Of a stretch of 64,000 bases of DNA, positions 57,485 to 64,000 are shown piece by piece; position 1 is the stretch's first letter, and each line of letters begins with the position of its first letter. The stretch spans positions 131,943 through 195,942 of the forward strand of contig JBMNEQ010000002.1 in NCBI GenBank assembly GCA_050948865.1, read 5' to 3'. The notes below the pieces were generated by a model. It was given only the letters and a program-made list of their open reading frames with translations, was not told the origin of the DNA and did no database searches. This stretch comes from Bacilli bacterium. GTDB taxonomy: Bacteria; Bacillota_I; Bacilli_A; RF39; UBA660. Made by a program: the position numbers and the translations under genes.

Positions 57485-57796
57485 GTGAATTTATTGGAAT
57501 TAAATAAAGAAAATTTTGAAGAATTAATAAAAGACGGTTTAGTTTTAGTTGATTTTTATGCTGAATGGTGTGGACCTTGTAAAATGTTAAGTCCTGTTTT
57601 AAAATCTTTAGCTGAAGAAAGAGAAGATTTTAAAATTATTCAAGTTAATGTTGATAAACATTCTAAATTAAATCAAAAGTTTGGAATAATGTCTGTTCCA
57701 ACATTGTTACTTTTTAAAGATGGGGAAGTAGTAGAAACTAAGCAAGGTTTTCAAACTAAGGAAATGTTACTTAGATGGATTAGTAAGTATCAATAA
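57485..57796 (+). CDS. trxA: thioredoxin
   Basis: WCGPC active site (GTG start). Confidence 0.85.
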   Translation: MNLLELNKENFEELIKDGLVLVDFYAEWCGPCKMLSPVLKSLAEEREDFKIIQVNVDKHSKLNQKFGIMSVPTLLLFKDGEVVETKQGFQTKEMLLRWISKYQ

Positions 57797-57801
57797 GAAG
57801 A

Positions 57802-57842
57802 TAATGGTGTATCATAATTTAGTTGACACCATTATTTTTTTG
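57802..57842 (+). terminator. rho-independent terminator after trxA
   Basis: taatggtgt...acaccattattttttt. Confidence 0.55.
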
Positions 57843-57873
57843 TGATAAATTGTTTTAGAAAGGAAGAGATATA

Positions 57874-58146
57874 ATGGCTGTTAAGTTGAGATTAAAAAGA
57901 ATGGGAGTTAAAAAAAGACCCTTTTATCGAATTGTAGCGATGGATTCAAGGAGTCCTCGTGATGGTAAAGAAATAGAAATTTTAGGGACATATAATCCTT
58001 TAATGAAACCTGAAGAAATTAAAATTGAAGAAGATAAGGTTTTAAATTGGTTACATAAAGGGGCTAAACCATCAGATACTGTTCGTAATATTTTAAGTAA
58101 AGAAGGTCTTATAGCAAAATATCATCAACAAAAAGGGGAGAAGTAA
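57874..58146 (+). CDS. rpsP: 30S ribosomal protein S16
   Basis: [21 protein letters not shown]. Confidence 0.92.
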   Translation: MAVKLRLKRMGVKKRPFYRIVAMDSRSPRDGKEIEILGTYNPLMKPEEIKIEEDKVLNWLHKGAKPSDTVRNILSKEGLIAKYHQQKGEK

Positions 58147-58147
58147 A

Positions 58148-58393
58148 ATGGATTTAGTAGATTTAACAGAAACTTTAGTTAAAGCTTTAGTGAAAGATAA
58201 AGAAGCAGTTTCAGTTAAAGAATTAGAAATTGAGGAAGATTATATTTTAATTCAAGTTTTAACGAACAAAGAGAATATGGGAGCAATTATTGGTCGTCGT
58301 GGTAATATTGCTAATTCTATTAGAACCATTGTTCAAGCTGCTTCTTATTTACATGAGAATAAAAAAGTAAAGATTAATATTGATTCTATTTAA
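58148..58393 (+). CDS. KH-domain RNA-binding protein (YlqC-like)
   Basis: GAIIGRRGNIANSIRTIV, downstream of rpsP. Confidence 0.8.
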   Translation: MDLVDLTETLVKALVKDKEAVSVKELEIEEDYILIQVLTNKENMGAIIGRRGNIANSIRTIVQAASYLHENKKVKINIDSI

Positions 58394-58413
58394 TTTTATA
58401 GAGGAGTGAACAT

Positions 58414-59106
58414 ATGGAAGAACAACTACCTAATCATTTAGCAATTATTATGGATGGTAATGGCCGCTGGGCGAAAAAACAAGGTTTAAATAGAAGCAAA
58501 GGGCATTTAGAAGGCAGTAAGGTTTTAATTGATATTGTTGAATACGCTTTTAAAAGAGGAATTAAAGTTTTAAGTGTTTTTGCTTTTTCTACAGAAAACT
58601 TTAAAAGACCTTTAAAAGAAGTAAATTATTTAATGAGTTTAACTGTTAAATTATTAAATGATCAATTAAAAAGAATAATTGATAATAATACCAAAGTATT
58701 ATTTTCAGGACGAAAAGAAGGCCTATCTAAAGAAGTATTAAAAGCTATGAAGAAGGTAGAAAATGAATCTAAAAAGAATGATGGTAATATCTTAAATATT
58801 TGTTTTAATTATGGTGGTCGTGGAGAAATTGTGGACGCTACAAAGAAAATTATTGCGGCTAATATTAAGATTAAAGATCTAGATGAAGATTTATTTAAAA
58901 AGTATTTATATAATGATTTACCTGATATTGATTTAGTAATTAGGACTAGCGGGGAACTTCGACTTAGTAATTTTTTATTATTTCAATTAGCTTATGCTGA
59001 ATTATATTTTACTGAAGTTTATTGGCCTGATTTTAACTATGAATGCTTAGAAAAAGCAATTAAAGAATATAATCATCGTCATCGTCGTTTTGGAAATATA
59101 AATTAA
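58414..59106 (+). CDS. uppS: undecaprenyl diphosphate synthase
   Basis: HLAIIMDGNGRWAKKQG... Confidence 0.9.
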   Translation: MEEQLPNHLAIIMDGNGRWAKKQGLNRSKGHLEGSKVLIDIVEYAFKRGIKVLSVFAFSTENFKRPLKEVNYLMSLTVKLLNDQLKRIIDNNTKVLFSGRKEGLSKEVLKAMKKVENESKKNDGNILNICFNYGGRGEIVDATKKIIAANIKIKDLDEDLFKKYLYNDLPDIDLVIRTSGELRLSNFLLFQLAYAELYFTEVYWPDFNYECLEKAIKEYNHRHRRFGNIN

Positions 59107-59224
59107 TTAAAGATTAAAACTAAATAATCTAAAAAATTAAGTTTTAATCTTTTTTATAATATTGTATAAATTAAATAATTATATTATAATGAGGATGTAA
59201 AGATAGTTTGGAGGTAATAAAAAT

Positions 59225-60025
59225 ATGGGAATCAGGGTTATTAGTTCAATTATTGGTTTAATTATTTTTATTCCTGTTACCTTAATAGGAGGAACATTAT
59301 TTAATTTATTTATTTTAATTTTATCCTTGTTAGCGTTAAATGAATTATTAGATGTTAAAGAAAAAAATAAACAATTGCCACTTTTTTTAAAATTATTATC
59401 CCTATTAGCTTTCACTTATATTGTTATTAATTTGTCAGAGACAAATAAGTTTATTTATTTACTTGATTACCGTAGTATAACTTTAATTTTATTTCTTTTT
59501 TTAATTCCAATTATTATATATCACGATAATAAAGTATATAATATTAATGATGCCATGTTTTTAATAGGAAGTGTTTTCTTTTTAGGGATTTCCTTTAATT
59601 TATTTATTATGTTAAGAGAACATAGTTATATGCATATTTTTTATTTATTTACAATTACTTCTATTACTGATACTTATGCTTATATAAGTGGTAAGTTAAT
59701 AGGAGAACATAAATTATTACAAAGTATTTCTCCTAAAAAGACTTGGGAAGGTTTAATTATTGGGACAATTTTTGGAGTTTTAATTGGAAGTGTTTTTTAT
59801 TATATAGCTATTGATTCTAAGATTTCTATTTATTTGTTAGTTTTATTAACAACTCTTTTATCTTTAATCGGTCAATTAGGAGATTTAGTATTCTCTTCAA
59901 TTAAACGTTTATATCATAAAAAAGATTTCTCTAATCTAATGCCTGGTCATGGTGGGGTTTTGGATCGTTTAGATAGCCTTATCTTTGTGGCTTTAGGCTA
60001 TGTTTTATTTATGTTTATGCTTTAG
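59225..60025 (+). CDS. cdsA: phosphatidate cytidylyltransferase
   Basis: C-terminal PGHGGVLDRLDSLIF. Confidence 0.85.
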   Translation: MGIRVISSIIGLIIFIPVTLIGGTLFNLFILILSLLALNELLDVKEKNKQLPLFLKLLSLLAFTYIVINLSETNKFIYLLDYRSITLILFLFLIPIIIYHDNKVYNINDAMFLIGSVFFLGISFNLFIMLREHSYMHIFYLFTITSITDTYAYISGKLIGEHKLLQSISPKKTWEGLIIGTIFGVLIGSVFYYIAIDSKISIYLLVLLTTLLSLIGQLGDLVFSSIKRLYHKKDFSNLMPGHGGVLDRLDSLIFVALGYVLFMFML

Positions 60026-60040
60026 AAAAGGAAGGTTTAT

Positions 60041-61084
60041 ATGACATTAATATATTTTTTACTTATTTTAGGAGTTACAGTTTTTTTTCATGAGTTAGGT
60101 CATTTTATTTTTGCTAAAAGAGCTGGAATTTATGTTTATGAGTTTTCTATTGGGATGGGACCAAAATTATATAGTTTTAAAAGATCTAATGATGAAACTG
60201 TTTATTCTATAAGAGCGATTCCTTTAGGTGGATTTGTGCAAATGGCTGGTGAGGAAGTAGATGATGATAAGAATATTCCTCCTCATCAAAAAATGCAAGC
60301 TAAAACATGGGGGGAGCGTTTTATAACAATTGTGGCTGGAGCTTTATTTAATTTTCTTTTAGCTCTTGGTTTATTATTTATAATTGGACTTTTTTATGGA
60401 GCTCCTGAAACTAGACCTGTAATGGGAAAAATAGAGGAAGGTTATCCTACTTTCTTAAAAGGAATAGAGGAAGGGGATTTAGTTTTAAGTATTGAGGATA
60501 AAAAGGTTAAATCCTGGGATGATGTTTTATTATATTTAGCTTTAACTAAAGAAGGGAAAACTTTAACATTTAAGTTTCAAAAAAAAGATGGATATATTGA
60601 AAAGGTTTCTTTAACCCCTATTTTAAAAGAAGAGAATGGAGAAAGTTCTTATAAATATGGTCTTGTTATGACTGATAAAATTAATCGAGGGTTTATTTCT
60701 GCTGTAAAGTTTTCTATTGTAAAGTTTGGAGCTGTTATGAACTCTATGGTTCAAGTTTTAAAAAGTTTAATTACTGGTGGATTAGGATTAGAAAATTTAG
60801 CTGGTCCAGTTGGTATTTATTCTATTGTTGAACAAGAGGTTAGTCATGGTTTTGGGAATGTATTTTATTTAATTGCTTTTTTAAGTATTAATGTTGGTTT
60901 TATTAATCTTCTTCCTTTTCCAGCCTTTGATGGCGGACGAGTATTATTTTTAATAATAGAAAAGATTAAAGGAACAAAAGTAGATCCTAAAATAGAAAAT
61001 ATTATTCATGGGATTGGTTTTGCTTTATTAATATTATTAATGATTGTGATTACTTATCAAGATATTAAAAAGTTATTTATGTAG
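60041..61084 (+). CDS. rseP: RIP zinc metalloprotease RseP/RasP (site-2 protease)
   Basis: HELGHF, a PDZ region, and LDGG motif NLLPFPAFDGGRV. Confidence 0.85.
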   Translation: MTLIYFLLILGVTVFFHELGHFIFAKRAGIYVYEFSIGMGPKLYSFKRSNDETVYSIRAIPLGGFVQMAGEEVDDDKNIPPHQKMQAKTWGERFITIVAGALFNFLLALGLLFIIGLFYGAPETRPVMGKIEEGYPTFLKGIEEGDLVLSIEDKKVKSWDDVLLYLALTKEGKTLTFKFQKKDGYIEKVSLTPILKEENGESSYKYGLVMTDKINRGFISAVKFSIVKFGAVMNSMVQVLKSLITGGLGLENLAGPVGIYSIVEQEVSHGFGNVFYLIAFLSINVGFINLLPFPAFDGGRVLFLIIEKIKGTKVDPKIENIIHGIGFALLILLMIVITYQDIKKLFM

Positions 61085-61096
61085 GAGGTATTTTGT

Positions 61097-61456
61097 ATGA
61101 ATAAGCAACAAAAAATTTTATCTTTTTGCCCTCATTTTAATGAAATAGTTAATTGTGAGTTTTTAGAAGATGATCTTTTAACTTCTAAACTAATTCAATA
61201 TTATCAGGATTATATCTTTAATATTAATGAAGAAGATGAAGAAGAAATAAAAGTAATAAGTAATTTAGATCAAGCGATGTATAAATATATTGAAGATTAT
61301 CGTTTTGCTAAAAGTTTAAGAGAGACGCTTCAAGTTGAGGCTGTTTTATCTAAAGATTTTGCTTATTTAGAACAATTAATGAAATATATAATTCAATTTT
61401 TTAATGATTTTGAAAAACAAGAAGTTCGTAATATCTTTCAAACAAAATGGATTTAA
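61097..61456 (+). CDS. hypothetical protein
   Basis: 119 aa, acidic, no recognisable family. Confidence 0.35.
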   Translation: MNKQQKILSFCPHFNEIVNCEFLEDDLLTSKLIQYYQDYIFNINEEDEEEIKVISNLDQAMYKYIEDYRFAKSLRETLQVEAVLSKDFAYLEQLMKYIIQFFNDFEKQEVRNIFQTKWI

Positions 61457-61468
61457 GGAGGAATATTT

Positions 61469-62392
61469 GTGGAGAATATTAGAATAATTTTTATGGGAAC
61501 TCCAAAGTTTGGTGTTCCTATTTTAAAAGCTTTAATCGATAATTATCATTTGGTGGGGGTTATTACGCAACCAGATAAATCTTTTAATATTTCTCCAATA
61601 AAAAAACTTGCTTTAGAATTTAATTTACCTCTTTTTCAACCAGAAGATATTACTAAAGAAGAAGGATTAATAAAGGATTTAAATCCTGATCTTATTATTA
61701 CTTGTGCTTATGGTCAATTTATTTCTAAAAACACCTTAGATTATCCAAAGTTTGGTTGCCTTAATGTTCATGCTTCTTTATTACCAAAATTAAGAGGGGG
61801 AGCTCCTCTTCATCGGGCAATTATTAATGGATATCATAAAACGGGAGTTACGATTATGAAAACGATTCTTAAAATGGATGCTGGAGATATTATTAGTCAA
61901 ATTGAAACAGAAATTAAAGAAGATGATACTGTTGGTACTTTGCATGATCGTTTATCCTTATTAGGAAGAGATCTCTTAATAAAAACTCTTCCTAAGATAA
62001 TAAAAGGAGAAGTCAAATATTTAAAACAAGATCATTCTTTAGCAACGTATGCTCCTATTTTAACTAAGAATGATGAAAAAATAGATTTTAATAAAAACAA
62101 AAGGGAAATTATTAATTTAATAAGGGGATTAAATCCCTATCCTGGAGCTTATGCTTTATTAGATAATAAGGTTTATAAAATATGGAAAGCTAGAATGGGA
62201 GAAAATGGATTTATGAATTATTTAAATGGGGAAATAATAAAAATATACGATGATGGTCTTGGAGTTAAAGTTGGTAATGGCGAAATAATAATTGAAGAGA
62301 TTCAAGTTGAAGGTAAAAAAAGATTAGCGGTTAAGGATTTTTTAAATGGTTTACAAAATAAAGAAACGTTAATAGGGAAGGTTTTTCAGTGA
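61469..62392 (+). CDS. fmt: methionyl-tRNA formyltransferase
   Basis: IIFMGTPKFGVPIL...ITQPDK...HASLLPKLRGGAPL. Confidence 0.9.
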   Translation: MENIRIIFMGTPKFGVPILKALIDNYHLVGVITQPDKSFNISPIKKLALEFNLPLFQPEDITKEEGLIKDLNPDLIITCAYGQFISKNTLDYPKFGCLNVHASLLPKLRGGAPLHRAIINGYHKTGVTIMKTILKMDAGDIISQIETEIKEDDTVGTLHDRLSLLGRDLLIKTLPKIIKGEVKYLKQDHSLATYAPILTKNDEKIDFNKNKREIINLIRGLNPYPGAYALLDNKVYKIWKARMGENGFMNYLNGEIIKIYDDGLGVKVGNGEIIIEEIQVEGKKRLAVKDFLNGLQNKETLIGKVFQ

Positions 62393-63027
62393 AAAATGAT
62401 AATAAAAATAATTTAAATTTTGATCTCCTTCAACATCCCCATTCTAAAGAGTTTCTTTTTTTTGGTTTTTATTTAATATTTTTTGGTTTTTTAATTTTTT
62501 TAGGATTAAAAAGTGGGTCCTCTAATATAAAAAAAGAAGAACCAGTAAACAAAGAAGATGAGATAATAATAATCAATAATTATGAATTTTTGTGGGAAAT
62601 AAGATTTAAAGAAGAAGATAATCAGAATTGTTTTTTATTAGAAGGAAAAAGATATCAAGATAAATTTTTAGTATATAAATATATTGATGGTATTTATAAA
62701 GGAGAATATTATTTAGAAAATGATCTTCTTAAAATTAAAAAAGGGGATGACTTTGAAGAAATTGATGGATATTTGATTAAAGAAGATTTTAATCAGCAGT
62801 GGTTAGATCTTAATTATTTAAATGGTTATTTAGAAGAAGGAGTTTTTATAGAAAAGTTTCAAAGATTTGATGGATCTCTTTCTAAAAGATATAAAATTGA
62901 TGATAATTTTTTTATTACTCTTAATTCTAAGAAGGATGGAACAGAAGAAATTGTTGTCGAGAATATCTTATTTGACATCTTTTTACAATATAAAAATATA
63001 AATAAAGTAATAGATTTTGATATTTAG
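62389..63027 (+). CDS. membrane-anchored hypothetical protein
   Basis: Single N-terminal TM. No recognisable family. Confidence 0.35.
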   Translation: MKNDNKNNLNFDLLQHPHSKEFLFFGFYLIFFGFLIFLGLKSGSSNIKKEEPVNKEDEIIIINNYEFLWEIRFKEEDNQNCFLLEGKRYQDKFLVYKYIDGIYKGEYYLENDLLKIKKGDDFEEIDGYLIKEDFNQQWLDLNYLNGYLEEGVFIEKFQRFDGSLSKRYKIDDNFFITLNSKKDGTEEIVVENILFDIFLQYKNINKVIDFDI

Positions 63028-63080
63028 AAGAAGTAATATTCAGGACTTCTTTTTTTTAGTATAATAAAAGAGTGATTGTG

Positions 63081-64000
63081 ATGAAAGAAAATATATATAA
63101 TTTTACGAGAAATGATTTGGAACTTTTTTTAGAAAAAGCAGGTGAAAAGAAATTTCGTAGTCTTCAACTTTTTGATTGGTTATATAAAAAGAAAGTTGTA
63201 TCTTTTGAAGAAATGATCAATATAAAAAAAGAAAGCATTAATAAATTTAAGAATCTTTTTACTTTTAAGCAAATAAAGATATTAAAAAAAGAAGAAGATC
63301 TAAAAGTTAAAAAGTATTTATTAGAATTAGAAGATAAACATCAAATAGAAGCAGTGTTAATGCTTCATGATTATGGTAATAGTTTATGTATTTCTACTCA
63401 AATAGGATGTCAAATGGGTTGTTTATTTTGTGCTAGTGGAACTTTAAAAAAGATTAGAAATTTAGAAGTCGGGGAAATGATTTCTCAAGTTTTAGAAGTA
63501 GAAAGAGATTTTAAAGAAAGAATATCTCATATAGTAATAATGGGGATTGGAGAACCATTTGATAACTATGATAAAGTAATGAAGTTTATAGAAATAATAA
63601 ATGATCATAAAGGTCTTAATATTGGAGCTCGGCATATTACTTTATCTACTTGTGGGATAGTTCCGGGGATTAAAAAGTTTAGTCAAGAAGAAAGACAAGT
63701 TAATCTAGCGGTTAGTTTACATGCGTCAACAGATGAATTAAGAAATAAATTAATGCCTATTAATAAAGTTTATCCACTATCTCTTTTAATTAGTTCCCTT
63801 CAAGATTATATTAAAATAACTAAAAGAAGAGTAACTTTTGAATACATTTTATTAAAAGAGGTTAATGATAATAAAGAAGATGCTTTAAATTTATGTAAAT
63901 TAATTAAAGGGATGAATTGTTATGTTAATTTAATTCCTTATAATGAAACTAGTCATAGTTCTTTGAGGAAAAGTAAGAAGATGAAAAGGGATAATTTTTA
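63081..64000 (+). CDS. rlmN: 23S rRNA m2A2503 methyltransferase RlmN (radical SAM), 5' partial; runs off the window end
   Basis: MKENIYNFTRNDLELFLEKAGEKKFRSLQLFDWLY...CQMGCLFCASG. The ORF is open to position 64000. Confidence 0.85.
   Translation, partial: MKENIYNFTRNDLELFLEKAGEKKFRSLQLFDWLYKKKVVSFEEMINIKKESINKFKNLFTFKQIKILKKEEDLKVKKYLLELEDKHQIEAVLMLHDYGNSLCISTQIGCQMGCLFCASGTLKKIRNLEVGEMISQVLEVERDFKERISHIVIMGIGEPFDNYDKVMKFIEIINDHKGLNIGARHITLSTCGIVPGIKKFSQEERQVNLAVSLHASTDELRNKLMPINKVYPLSLLISSLQDYIKITKRRVTFEYILLKEVNDNKEDALNLCKLIKGMNCYVNLIPYNETSHSSLRKSKKMKRDNF

Noticed and set aside
59179-59415. 78-aa minus ORF
   Set aside because: It overlaps the cdsA start region and is antisense. cdsA has the conserved C-terminal motif.

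Overview
This is a very AT-rich (about 25% GC) chromosomal segment read with the standard genetic code: ORFs end at TGA, Trp is TGG, and adjacent genes show ATGA overlaps, so a Mollicutes-type code was rejected. Gene content points to a low-GC endospore-forming Firmicute, Clostridia- or Bacilli-like. The sporulation genes present are cse60, spoVAC-spoVAD-spoVAE, sigG, ylmC/ymxH, cotE and spoVT.

Most of the window is conserved housekeeping, largely in Bacillus-like order:
- scpA-scpB
- T-box-controlled tyrS, divergent rpsD, and ezrA
- the heat-shock operon hrcA-grpE-dnaK-[pepF]-dnaJ behind a CIRCE-like element and consensus sigma-A promoter, followed by glyA-folD
- rsmE and mtaB
- murF-ddl
- mpg, lemA/DUF2207, and an HD hydrolase
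- mutL-miaA, lspA-rluD, a rhomboid protease, rnhC, cvpA, trxA
- rpsP, a KH protein, uppS-cdsA-rseP, fmt, and the start of rlmN

There are 11 tRNA genes: Leu-CAA, Met-CAT, Ile2/Met-CAT, Leu-TAG, Val-GAC, Lys-CTT, Ile-GAT, Glu-TTC, Ser-GCT, plus two more Met/Leu types. No rRNA or CRISPR array is present.

Accessory or unusual content:
- A tandem pair of type IV prepilin-like genes, each fused to a Fibrobacter-succinogenes-paralogous (FISUMP) C-terminal domain; the second copy carries a +1 frameshift.
- Two divergent IS30-family insertion sequences in inverted orientation that bracket a roughly 7.4 kb core segment (tRNA-Ser through rnhC), with no mutS next to mutL.
- A FemAB aminoacyltransferase gene translationally coupled to an ATP-grasp ligase.
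- A MurF with a roughly 180-residue polytopic membrane N-terminus.
- An orphan ClpC-D1-like AAA+ ATPase.
- Tandem paralogous Cys-containing small membrane proteins.
- Two acidic proteins sharing an ISP(V/I)(Y/F)G motif.
- A sigG ribosome-binding site buried in a strong hairpin.

Coordinates for features I delimited myself (tRNAs, hairpins, IS ends) may be off by 1-2 nt.
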